Below, in pieces: positions 30,466 to 44,543 of a stretch of 64,000 nucleotides of DNA. The DNA is taken from positions 13,020,001 through 13,084,000 of the forward strand of contig CM022678.1 of NCBI GenBank assembly GCA_012295275.1. The letters run 5' to 3'. Made by a program: the position numbers and the translations under genes. Source of the DNA: Chrysomallon squamiferum. Its lineage: Eukaryota > Animalia > Mollusca. Within the stretch, counting starts at the first letter, position 1. Every line of letters begins with the position of its first letter. The notes beneath the pieces were generated by a model. It saw only the letters and a list, made by a program, of their open reading frames with translations. It did not search any database and was not told the DNA's origin.

Positions 30466-31083
30466 CTTACCAAACCTCTGTACAGTCGTATTTCTCATCA
30501 CGAGTTTCTTCTTTAACACAGCTCTCACCAAACCTCTGTACAGTCGTATTTCTCATCACGAGTTTCTTCTTTAACACAGCTCTTACCAAACCTCTGTCAC
30601 CACGAGTTTCTTCTTTAACACAGCTCTTACCAAACCTCTGTACAGTCGTATTTCTCATCACGAGTTTCTTCTTTAACACAGCTCTTACCAAACCTCTGTA
30701 CAGTCGTATTTCTCACCACGAGTTTCTTCTTTAACACAGCTCTTACCAAACCTCTGTACAGTCGTATTTCTCATCACGAGTTTCTTCTTTAACACAGCTC
30801 TTACCAAACCTCTGTACAGTCGTATTTCTCATCACGAGTTTCTTCTTTAACACAGCTCTTACCAAACCTCTGTACAGTCGTATTTCTCATCACGAGTTTC
30901 TTCTTTAACACAGCTCTTACCAAACCTCTGTACAGTCGTATTTCTCATCACGAGTTTCTTCTTTAACACAGCTCTTACCAAACCTCTGTACAGTCGTATT
31001 TCTCACCACGAGTTTCTTCTTTAACACAGCTCTTACCAAACCTCTGTACAGTCGTATTTCTCATCACGAGTTTCTTCTTTAAC
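30466..31083. repeat. 58-bp minisatellite in intron 1, ~11 copies
   Basis: Unit ccaaacctctgtacagtcgtatttctcatcacgagtttcttctttaacacagctctta, with one internally deleted unit near 30590. Confidence 0.96.
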
Positions 31084-31239
31084 AGCATTTTGTACCAGAA
31101 GAAAAATGATTTATTTGCTCTTTATTATGGATAACCAATTTATTTTTAACTGATTTTGTACCAGATATTTAGAACTTGATTATGGATAACCAATTTTTAC
31201 TGAATTTGTTTCAGATATTAGAACTGATAATACTATTAC

Positions 31240-31322
<83 letters not shown>

Positions 31323-32816
31323 CACACACACATACACAGAGCGAGAGAAAGAGAGTGAGAACAAGCTTAGAGAATGCAGAAACTGGCTGATAAATGGTTT
31401 AAAAGTGACATATTTAATAACATGATTTACTGACTTTCACCTACCCATTGATATTACATGTATTAATAATAATAATCATAATAATAATAACAATAAATAA
31501 ACTCGGCCATATTTTAATTACACGACTGCCCTCCATTCCATGCTAGGCCTTTCTGGAGCCAGTCTACTTAAGACTTTCTGCGTGTCAGGTTTTATTTATA
31601 ATCTAACTTGATATTTCCGTGATACGTTTCACCTTACACAGATCAGTAATTTCGTTCAAACCTTCCTAACACGCATGTGTCACAAACGCCATATTGTTCC
31701 GCTGTGCCGCGTAGCCGGCGAAATTAGCGTAACAAACGTAAGCCGAAAACCAGTCGATCAGACCGTCTTGGGTTTCAAAAGATCTGGTAATCACCGATGC
31801 AGACGGCAAATAACCGCGAAGCCGAAAATCACCGATGAAACTGGCGCGTAATACGCAGCTTGCGCGTTCTGTTTATTGTGATAAACTTACGTAATGAAAA
31901 GATACAGTACGTTAGGGTTGGCTTCAGTTGCCAAATAAATTATCGCGCAAATTGTATTCCATGGGGAATTAATTTGTTTCCATTCAGAAAAACAATTACG
32001 ATAATTATAGAAGAGTCCCGCGGGATAAAGCGAAATTAGTTTCTTCCGAAAATCTCACATATTTAGTTCCGGCAGCATCGGAATTTCTATATGTATGTTT
32101 TATTAGAACCAAGCTCTCCGGCTCAAAGACGTAGTTTTCACATTGTTTGTGCAATTAAAGGAATACTACTAATGCTAGAAATAGCGAGGTATACAAATCT
32201 ACCTCCTGCTTGCAACCCCCAAAACCCAAAAAAAAATGAAATAAAATAAAAAATATGAAATAATAAAAAAATAATAAAAAATAAGTGTAGCTATAGTTTT
32301 AAAAAATCATTGAAAAAGGTGAATAGTGGTCTCATCATCATGATCATCATTATCATCAAGATGATAATCATCACGAACGTCATCATAATCCTATATTATT
32401 AACACCACAACCACTATCATCAGTATCATCATCATCACCATCATCAATATAATCATTATCATCACTATAAATCATCACCATCATCGTCATTATCACCATC
32501 ACGACAAAATCAAGATCATAACATCATTATAAAGCGTCGACGTTAACATCATCGGCAAAGTGAATGTTGTTGATTTCCAAACAAACGTCCAGGACGTGCT
32601 GAAGATAAACTAAATTAAGATTAAAAGAGATTTGCTGATTATTGTCAGACAGCCGCCTCGCTCCTGACATCGTGAACTACACCGTCATTCTCCTCACAGT
32701 CCTCACAGTCGCGACTTGTGTCCTGCACTGAACTACACTGTCCAGTTCTTCTTTGTTTCTTTTATTTTCTTTTTATATTCTTCTTCTTCTTCTTCTTCTT
32801 CTGCTTCTTCTTCTTC

Positions 32817-32859
<43 letters not shown>

Positions 32860-33492
32860 GTTATTATTTTTAAGAATTATATCTATAGTAATTAATAATT
32901 GTAAAAGCATAATACTAGTTAGTGTAGCAGTGTAATGGTGTAATAGTTGTAGTAGTTGTAGCAGAAGTATGAATTGTTCCAACAGTAGTTGTTATAGTAT
33001 TTTTAAAGTAAAAACGTTACTTACGGTTTTGGAAAAGGCCACAATCTTGATATTATTATTATTAGTGGTAATAGTTTCTGCAATATCTTCTTTATCTAAA
33101 GTTTAATCAATTTAAAATAGTACCAACCATTTGAAAACGAATAAAAATCTTAATATATTTAGCAAATTAATAAATTAAACAATATATAACAAAAGATGAA
33201 TCACTCCTTACTTTACCACACCCTTAGTTATGTATATGCGTACCAAGTTTAAGCGTACAGGTAAACATCAAAGCGCCAGGTATGCACTAACATTGTGTTT
33301 ATATAACACCTTGAATAAACACTTGCAGTAAATTGTCAGAGAACACAATATGTAGTATCTAGTCGGACAAGAAAAAACTAATTAAATCAATGACGTCACT
33401 AGAACAGGTAAGATATGTGGAGGATAGAAGATAAAAGTAAGAAATAAACTTTAACAGCTGACGAATGTTTACTTGCGTAGCGTTGTTCTTAC

Positions 33493-33536
<44 letters not shown>

Positions 33537-33741
33537 ATCTGTCTGTATAGGTGCATATACATATAATCATATACGTGTGTGTATGTTATATTTACACACA
33601 TACATACACACATGATAAATATATATATATCTATGTCTACGCCTGCATGCCTGTAAAAATGTTCATACGTAAATATTACATGTGTTTATTTCCTGTATAG
33701 TTTATTTATTTATTTATTTGTTTATTTGTTTATTTTTCCAG

Positions 33742-33868
33742 GTCACCATGTCTGACAGAGCTGCGGCTGAACGCGCCTGCAAAGACCCCAACCCAATCAT
33801 CGACGGAAGAAAAGCAAACGTGAACTTAGCGTATCTAGGAGCGAAACCCCGAGGAAACCTCCAGTCAA
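33742..33868 (+). CDS. RBM24: RBM24/RBM38-family coding exon 2 (C-terminal half of RRM), 127 nt
   Basis: Acceptor ttttccag| ends at 33741. Translation [42 protein letters not shown] is a hallmark RBM24/38 sequence. Phase-1 donor A|GTAAGT at 33869. Confidence 0.97.
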
Positions 33869-35044
33869 GTAAGTCACCTCGCCCCTCGCCCCACCTCGCC
33901 CCATTTTTGTATTTCTCTTATCAAGTATTTTCTAAATATTTTCCAATTTTCTTTTCTTATGATATTATACTTAATTTCGCTTGCGAATATAGCATATTCT
34001 TCTTCTTCTTATTAATTAAGTTCTTCAATTAAATATAACTAAGGTATGTGCAGAAAAACAAACACAGTCAGATGCTGACCTTGAAGGAGCTCCCCCCACA
34101 CACTAACCTTCATTTTTCACAGCTATGCCGGACTCGCTAATCGATTTAACAGTTGACAAAACGTGTATCGAATCACCAACATGTATTTTTGCAGGGGCGG
34201 AGTTTGATACAAAATTATTTGGCCAGTTCAGAACTTACTTAAATTTAAGTTCCAGGAGAGGAAAAAAAAAAAAAAAACCAGTGAAAATGTTTCATTTAGT
34301 TTTGATCAAAGAAATATTTAAACACTAGAAAATATAAAATATACGATGTCTAAAATCACAGATTAAGAACTGATAACTTCCAATATTTCCATCAGTAAAA
34401 CACTCAAAATCCACACGCCCACAAAAAAAAAAAAAAAAAAAAAAAAAAATAAAATAAAATAAAATAAAATAAAATAATAAAACTAATAAACGACTGTAAC
34501 TTTCGCGGGTAACAAGATGTTTAAAATCCCACACGTCTGACTGTAGCCCACTCGACAGGCTGCTGAGATCGGGTTAAAGTCGAGTGAAGAGATTAGAAAG
34601 ACGTCGTATGAAAGTCTCTGTGAGATCAACACGTCACAAGTGGGTCGAACAGAGCCAAGGTCACGTTTAATCGGGTCACGTGACCTTGTTTCGTTGATAA
34701 ACGTAAAGAAATTAGGTCTCTGTTCTTAGATTATTTTTCTTCATCAAGTGTTTCATTTATTTATTCTCTTTATTTTCCTTTCTGTATGTGTATTATATGT
34801 CTGTATGTATACATATATATGTATGTATGTATAGATAGATAGGTATATAGGCAGGTATGTCTCTATGAAGATAAGTAAATACGAAAATATGATTGTATCC
34901 ATGTATGTTCGTTCATTTAGATTTTTTCATATGTCTGTGTGTGTACGTGTGTATGTGTGTATATCTATGTCTACATGTAAATATATTTATATCTATGTAT
35001 GTTAGTTCATGTATGCCTGAGTGTGTCTGTACGTCTGACGTTGT

Positions 35045-35618
35045 GTCTCACTCTGTTATATTACGTCACTAGTGCGTGTTTTCTGTCTCACTCTGTTATA
35101 TGACGTCACTAGCGCGTGTTTTCTGTCTCACTGTTATATAACGTCTTTCTGTCTCACTCTGTTATATAACGTCTTTCTGTCTCACTCTGTTATATAACGT
35201 CTTTCTGTCTCACTCTGTTATATAACGTCTTTCTGTCTCACGTTATATAACGTCACTAGCGCATGTTTCTGTCTCACTGTTATATAATGTCTTTCTCTCT
35301 CACTCTGTTATATAACGTCGTTCTGTCTCACTCTGTTATATAACGTCTTTCTGTCTCACTGTTATATAATGTCTTTCTGTCTCACTCTGTTATATTACGT
35401 CACTAGTGCATGTTTTCTGTCTCATTCTGTTATATAACGTCACTAGCGCATGTTTCTGTCTCACTCTGTTATATAATGTCTTTCTGTCTCACTCTGTTAT
35501 ATAACGTCTTTCTGTCTCACTCTGTTATATAACGTCTTTCTGTCTCACTCTGTTATATTACGTCACTAGCACGTGTTTCTGTCTCACTCTGTTATATAAC
35601 GTCACAGCGCGTGTTTTC
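35045..35618. repeat. Composite minisatellite in intron 2 (28-bp and ~41-bp units)
   Basis: Unit ttctgtctcactctgttatataacgtct is interspersed with longer units carrying cactagcgcatgt. Confidence 0.93.
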
Positions 35619-36369
35619 GCTAGACTGGGCTGAGGAGAAAGTTGTGAGATGTTGACGCGTGTCTGAACGAAACGCGCACCGACTTCTCTGCCTCTCCCGG
35701 TGCGAACTCATTTAGATAAACACGCCCCCCACCTCTCCCTCCGTTACTATCAGTAACGGGCAACATAAACACTGATAGTATTTGTCAGCACTTGCTTCAC
35801 GATACAGTTTATACGTTTCTTGTTATTTTCTTTTAATTCCGAAATTAGAATGTCTTTTTAGTTAATAGTATTTGTAAAGCTTGAAACTGTTTTCCTGACA
35901 ACAAATGTGACTGAGAATCGACTGTGCTTGGTTTAAAAATATAAAAACAGTTAAATATGTTTTCATATTCATCATCCTCGCTATTCTTATTCAGCTTTTG
36001 TTTCATTTCTTCTCGTACTTTTGTGATTTAATAGGTCATCACCACCATAGTCATTATCATCATCACCATCCTTATTATCATCATCACCATCATCCATCAT
36101 TTTCATCATCTTCGTCTTCTTGTTCTTTCTACTCCTCCAATTTCATTTCATTATTATCTATATAGTTTTTTAATCCTTATCGTCTTATGCGTAACGGGCC
36201 GTAAAATGCACAACTTTTGTAAATATGTACGTATGATACGAAAATAATATTCTTTTTAATTTGTTAACAGACATTATATAAATATATTTAAAAACTGAAT
36301 TATAATCAGCTTAATTCCTCATTCTTTCTCTTTCTTTCTTTCTCTCTCATTCTCTCAGTCCTTTCTTGC

Positions 36370-36464
<95 letters not shown>

Positions 36465-37453
36465 ATACATATACATGCATACTAACAAACCCACACACAG
36501 AAATACACATCCCCTGAAACAGATACACACCAGAAAACACGACATAAACGAATTAGCGTGTGCAGGATTTACAAAACCTCGCCATCCACTTGGAAATAAG
36601 CTTCTGCCCGAACAGATAAATTCTAAATAAAGACACTGCTGAGAAAGTAACTACGGGCTGAGACCAGGCGCCTGCTAAAATACGGATGTTGCAATAATTA
36701 GTTGATCAAACACAGCGCCCGGGTTTTGTCGATTGTTCAAACAAACACAGCCGAAGTTCACCGCAAGAACTACTGTGTCCAGCGCTCTATTTTGTCGATT
36801 GTTCAAACACACATAAAACACACACTGTGTCCATCTCTATCTTCCCCGTCATTCACACACACACACACACACACACACTCACTCACTCACTCACTCACAT
36901 ACACACACACACACACACACACACGTTCAAAGAACCAGCTTAATTTTCTTTCTCTCTCTGCAACTAAAATACGTGTGTATTTAGTTCGTTAGGTTTATAT
37001 AATTATTTTTGTACCTGCACATTTTCAATATGGGTATTTGCGTCTCAATGTATAATCTCACTTTGTGTGTGCGTGTATTTTGTACGTTCTGCTAAGGACG
37101 TTCTATTTTTACACGCGCGTTTTTCTAAGATTTATTTATAAAACAACATCGCCAGTTCATTATATCACACTAATTTGCAAGCATCAGCGCCCATTTTCTT
37201 TCTGCACATGTTTTTCAAATTATGACAACTTATTAAACACACTAATTACTTTTAAAAACATTTGACTTCAACTTCTCGTATTTTATTGATGCGTGGATGT
37301 GTTTCGTGCGGCAGAATTTGTTACTTAAACAACAATTTGTTACTGAAACCTGATAATCTTAACTCAGTCTTTATTTTTTAAATTATTTCTTCTACAGAAG
37401 AATTCTTCAAATAAACTGAACATTCTTCCTTCATCTAAAAGTTTTTAAAAAAA

Positions 37454-37491
<38 letters not shown>

Positions 37492-38066
37492 TAATAATAA
37501 TAATAATAATAAACAATACTGATCTTTAAAAAAAAAACGAAAGAAAGAAAAAAAAAGAAATGAAAACCAAAGAAGCTTCTTCTTCTTTTTTTTCAAGTCA
37601 AAATTCTTAAAATTTTTAAGAACTCTTTGTTGTGAACGCAAATCTGTCTCGCATCGTCACGCGAGACCTGACGAGAGTGCTAGGGCAGAGGTCACACGTG
37701 GCAATAATAATACTTTCTAGACAGCTGACTGCATCCCACATGACAGCCATTAAGCGGCCCATCAGCATATTTTCAGGTTGCTTCTATCCAGGCCTGCGAG
37801 ATGCATGTTTTAACAGATATTTTCGCTCATCAGGCTTTAGAAACAAAAATAGAAGAAGGCAGCAGTGTTTTTGTCGTTTTGTTCCTGTTGGCAGCGAGGC
37901 TGCCGCAGACGAGCTGATTTGTACATATTTATCGAATCACGCTAAAAACAACAAAAACACGGCCATTACTTTTTATTGATGTAAATCTGAAAGTTTATAA
38001 TGTTGTGAGAGACAACAATCAAATATAGTCGACACTCTTATGTACAGGTTTAGTTTCTGTCGTAGG

Positions 38067-38167
<101 letters not shown>

Positions 38168-39588
38168 CCACCACCACCATCATAATCTCCATGATTATCA
38201 TCATCATAATTATCATCATCATCTTTTTTTCTTTGTGGTTCATCGCTTTGCAAGGATGTTTACTAAGCTTTATGTTAACTAGTAAAAGAGAGGAAGCAGA
38301 CAAACTAATACATTTCCCTTCAAAACAGAGACCAGCCAATCAGCAGTGAATATTGGATTACCGATGTACATTAAACTGTAACTTTGAACTTACAGGGTAG
38401 GTGAGAAAACGTGATCCAGACATTACTAAACTTTCACAAACAATTAGAGAGTGGGAGCCGAGACGTTACTAACACAAGTGGTTAATTTGAGAGGCTGTCC
38501 AAGAGTTCAAGGGTTAATTGCCGTATAAGGTTGAAAGTGTGGTTGTGTGCGTGCGTCTGTAAACCTTCTTCCCTCTTTGCTTTCTAGCTGTTCGTTAAGT
38601 TGTCTGTTTACCCAGTATTCACATTTCAACACAGCTAATAAACTAGATAATTTATACATTCAAAACTCCATTCATTCATCCATTCATCTATGTCTGAGAT
38701 CAATACACACACATACATACACACACACACACATCTTTTACTTTAAACAGACACACGCAAACGCACATATATGTCAGTATCTGTCATCCTTGCATCTGTT
38801 TATCTCATTTCGTTCTGTGTAAGATTTACGAATAAAACATCATTACTTCTCTCACACATTTCCACATTTTACAAACACGTCCAGGTTATACGAATGTTTA
38901 AAAAAGATAATTATGTTTGTTTCAGCTATTTGTTTACGATCACGTGACTAGTTTCAAGTTTTTATGTGTCGCAAATTAGCTAATAAAACATTTCCCAGCA
39001 CACCTTCTGCTTCCGTGACGTCAAAGAAAGGGGCAGAACAAAAAAAAAAACAAGAAGTAAGAAAAAGTCCCGCCGAAATGAGGTCACGGTTTTGAGTTTC
39101 TCGTCTGCTGGAATATCCTCCCCCCCCGCTCAGAGATCGCCTGTCATCTTGACAGCAAGCGCGTGTCTGCTTCTGTACTTCACGATGCTTTCTCATCTGT
39201 TTTCGTTTGTAACCAGATTTCGCTTAACAAAGAGCGACATAAGAACGTGAATGTTTAAAACAAAGTTATCTGCGCGTAGCATTACCTAGTATAAAATGAC
39301 AAAAGGGAATCTTGTAATATAACAGAAAAAGTTAGGGAAAAAAACCCAGCAACATAAATAATGGAAGAAAAGAAAAAGGCAGACGTATGTACTGTAATAA
39401 GGAGAATACCGTGGGAAGTATTTGGTATGTGGAGGTATTTAAATTGTAAGGTGTTGTTTGTCTCAAGAGTTCGGTTGTATGAAACAAAGAAAGGAACTTC
39501 TTAAACAGTTTTGTAGAATTATTTTTGTAAAAAGTGAAAAAGAACAGAAACAAAACAATTACATGTAGTTCTTATTCTCATCAACATG

Positions 39589-39684
<96 letters not shown>

Positions 39685-40857
39685 ATAATTAATATGGAGC
39701 ACTTCGTTTACAGCAAAGAGTCGGCTGAAAAGCTTTACGAGTGAAACACGGGTACAAATTCAAACATTTAAAAGTCCAACAATAGTCAAACTCGGTGACG
39801 TGTCCTGCGCTACTGACCCAGTGGTTTTGAACATTAACTGTGACCTGTTTCAATAAAAGGGACATTTATATCACTGAAGGACATCCTGTTGAGAAAACCC
39901 TCTCTGTTTGTTTGTATTTTATTTTATCATTTTTATTTTGTTTCGCACACTTTTTCTTCTATTTTCAAGCCAAATGAATGTAACTTCAGTATATAACTGA
40001 TCTATAATATATTAAATGGAATTTAAAACATGTAAAATTATTTGGAACTGTCCCAGAAATGTTTAAAGTGCACTGCTGTTCACTAACTTTGAACGATTAT
40101 AATTTAATTTTGAGATATCTTTACATCAACCAGACTTATATTATTTTAAATCGTATGTTTTCCTTTTAATATGTGGTTTAAACATGTAAAAAAATAAATT
40201 CATAAGCAACAGAATAGAATAAAATTTTGTTTATTAAAATAAAATAAAATAGATACTTACGAAAATACAGAATACAATCTACTGTGATTCATTTTACATA
40301 CAGCGAAAAGAAGGCCATAAGATGAAAACTACAGTAATACAGTCAGACCAGCACAACGGCTACTACAACTAACAATAACAAAGCGCGCGCACACACCCTC
40401 ACCCCAACCACACCCTCACCCCCACCCATACTTTTGTCCCGTTTTATGAATGAGGTCATTGTTCGTTATTAGAAAATGCCCAGGATACAGTCTAGCTTCC
40501 AAGTCACCTGAAGCGCAACTTCGATCTGCTATTTTCGTTATTGTTGATTTCTCTAGTGAATTACAATTACATACTGAAACATACACCAGACGTAGCTCTG
40601 TCTGTTTTTTCATCTGTCTCATTTTGAAGTTTTTATTATTAATCTATTTCAAATTAGAAAACATACATCTTGTTCAGTCAGCTGTAACAAACAGAGAAAA
40701 TCAGCATATCCAGAAAAAAAAATTAATAATAATAAAAAAAATCTCGAAAATATGTTAGGTGTTTCGTGCATTGAAGTAATTTGTTAACAGCTGAAAACAG
40801 AATTAAAAACAGATATATTTAATAATAATAACAACAACAACAACAATATGAACAATG

Positions 40858-41125
<268 letters not shown>

Positions 41126-41489
41126 AATAATAATCTGTTTCCAGGTGGACGGGTGATATTTACATCTATTTACATACACTAATGATAATAAATAGACTAT
41201 AAATTATTTTGTACATTTACTTTAAACGTCACCTACAGAAACGTCATTGACGTGTTCAACATGCGCGCTGTCTGTCCAGATTACTTTTTCTTTGCTTCGT
41301 TGTGCTGCCATTTGACTGCACGTGCAGCACGATGATACAGAACCTCACTGCACTTAACATGTTTCACAATGGCGAATGAGCAGTGTGAATAGAACCGACT
41401 GGCATGTAACGTTGTCACACAGTTCTCTTTTCTACACAGTTGCTTTTTAATTTTCTTTGGAAGGATAAATGAAATGAAATAAATAAATG

Positions 41490-41520
<31 letters not shown>

Positions 41521-41974
41521 GTTTAATTAATTAAATAACTTAACGAGTGACGAATGTCAGAATGAATGAATATCTTACACTTTTACTTTACAATAAAGTT
41601 CCTGCGATACATAATCATATAAAAATTTATATTTTTTTTGTAAACCTGAAAGAGGCATTTCAAATAAAAGCTTGGAAAGAAACCTGAAATAGCCATAACA
41701 ATGTCTTAGTCCATTCAGTTATGTGACTTAAGTAAACATGTATTTTTCACAAACATTCTTTATTTTTCTTCTTTTTTATTATTATTTTAAATAAAAATTT
41801 CAGTACCCAAATAGTACAGTAGAAATTCGTTAGAAAAACAAATCTTTGTTCATGTTTTTTATGTTGTTGTACAGATAAAAAGTTCTTATTGACAATATTT
41901 AGTTATTTTTCATTAATATGAAGTATTATACAAATATTCGTATTAATGAGCGATATTTTTAATCATGATATTTG

Positions 41975-42019
<45 letters not shown>

Positions 42020-42152
42020 GTGATTATTATTGTGATTGTATAGTTACTATTACTGTTACCACCACTACTACTAGTGCTACTACTACTATTACTAACCTGT
42101 ATTTTCAGATATCGAGTCTTTGAATATTAATATTTTGTTTTCTTATTTGCAG

Positions 42153-42207
42153 TGGGTCTTCCGGTTGCACTGAAATCAGGCATTCCCGTGCTTCCCAGCC
42201 AGTATGG
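42153..42207 (+). CDS. RBM24: RBM24/RBM38-family coding exon 3 (55 nt, phase 1 to phase 2)
   Basis: Acceptor ttttcttatttgcag| (AG 42151-42152) and donor GG|GTAAGT (42208). It is a GC-richer island in AT-rich intron and reads (M)GLPVALKSGIPVLPSQY(G). It exactly bridges the phase-1 end of exon 2 and the phase-2 start of exon 4. Confidence 0.88.
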
Positions 42208-42390
42208 GTAAGTTCAGCTTTACTAACAACTTTATTTGTTGTAAATGTATTAACAATTAATCTAATACAATAAAGTATTTTCTTCTTTCTTTTTTTTTTT
42301 TTTTTTTAAAGAAAATGTAATTATAATGTTACGGATTCACATTATCAGATAATGCCAAAATAATCCCAAGAATTTCTCTGCATCTGGTTA

Positions 42391-42430
<40 letters not shown>

Positions 42431-44471
42431 TTTGAGAGAAAAAAATAAAGAATGGTTACGCACAATAACCTGTGATATTTGTAACCTTATATTCGACCTC
42501 TCTGCCAGTTTAGCTATGACGTCATTGGACGCCATCCGTTCCTAGTTTTATTACGAATGCTACGCTTCTAACAACAAACATAGACGGTATGTTGCGCATC
42601 AGTTTCGCCCATATGTCTTTCTCTGTGAAAGAAGCAAATAAATAAACCACATCCACAGAAAATAGAAAAAAAAAAAAAAAAAAAAAAATGAATACCAAAT
42701 AAAAAAGAATGAAAAAAAAAAAAAAAATCTTAGTTTCTACTTCTGTGATGTATCTTCCTTTTTGTCCTGTAGACGTTAGCAGACGACGCGGACCAGTGGA
42801 GTCTCTAAACCCAGGAATTCTGGGAAATGCTCGGGAGGGGAGTGAAAGTAGTTTCCACGTTCTCAGATGGTACTTGGTGTTCTTGTGTTTTTTGTGCGAG
42901 AAATTTCTTTTTTTTTTCTTTTAACTTGTTTTTCTGGATTTCAATTTTTTTTTTTTTTTTTTTTTTTTTGCTTGCATAGTGTGGTGTATCTCAACGGGTT
43001 GATGTTTTAAGATACCCACAGTTCCGTGTGTTATTAAAACCAGGTTGTTCTTTCTTTCTTTTTTTTTTTTTTTTTTTTTTTTTGAATCTGTGGACTGTCG
43101 TGATTATACTAACCAAACACTGCGTATTATCGTTAAATACCTTCACCGGTTTCACGTCAAGTCGATATCACGTTGAGTTAATATCTAAGTCACTAAACGT
43201 GATTAACAAAGAAAACACTTATCCAAGAATGCCTTTCGGAGGCAAAATTATAGTTTGTAATTATGTTAACAAATTACTGAATTTGTCTTCGTTCAAAATA
43301 GTGTCAGTTTTGATGTTAATGTTAATGTATATTATTTACAAGAACCGCTTGAATTCTTAAAATAACTAACTCTGCGATTCAAAAAAAATAACAAACAAAA
43401 AAACAACCCAGAAATATTCAATTATTTATTTTATTTACTTGATGCATTTACCAGCTTATTATTATTATTATTATTATTATTAATCAGCATTAGGTACTAA
43501 AATACGTATCTGTTATCGACATAAACCTTATTTAATAAAAATGAATTTCCAATTCTTTTTATAATCTATTTCACTGACAGTTGTGGTCGATATAACGTTT
43601 TCTGCAAAGAAAAGGTAGCAGTTCTATGTAATCTTGCCAAAAGATAAAATATGCACGAGATAGATATATTTATAAATTACTTATCTAACATGGGGAAATC
43701 ACTTGATCATCTTCACAATTTAAAGTCGCCATTTTCTGGGAAAAACCTATAACGTTTAACTAAACGTATTGCTATTCAAAAAGGAAATGAAAATTAGCGA
43801 CTTATTTACTGATCCTTTGCGAAATTAATTTATGACAGTGTTTATATTTTATTGTTTATTTTTATTATTTTTTTAAACGTCATAGATTTCTTTAGTTCGT
43901 AATTACTTATTAAGAGAAATGCTAGCACGCTTTATAAATATATTTTATAATGAAACAATAATAGAAAGATAAATTAAAAGAGATAACAAAAGTAAAACAT
44001 ATTAAATAAATAAATAAATAAGCGAAAACTCTCTCTTCAAAAACGGTCAAATACATTTTCGAAATACTCATTAATTTCAAGTTTCCTTCGAAATATTCCT
44101 TTTCAAATTTGGTCGCGATTTTTTTCACATTTTATTTTTATCACTTTATTTATCATTCCGGATTGTTAGTCTTCACGGATTTTTAGAGGGTCTTAGTTAT
44201 TCATTTTATTTATTTTAGAATGTTTTTAGCCTGGTTTGTGTCTAGGGGTGGCTAACTCTTGAAATGAATGCTGCACATAACTTAATGGGGAGCTTTTTTT
44301 CTTGTGCACCGGAATTTTAGTGTTATGGTTTGGAATAACGTGTGCTTTGGGTAACGGATTTGTACTGACCCCAGTTAGATTCGTCCATGGACGGAAACTT
44401 TATTTTAAATAAGTCTCACAGCTACTTTTCTTTGGTCAAAACTAATCCTGTTTGCTCGATAACTGATTATC

Positions 44472-44543
<72 letters not shown>

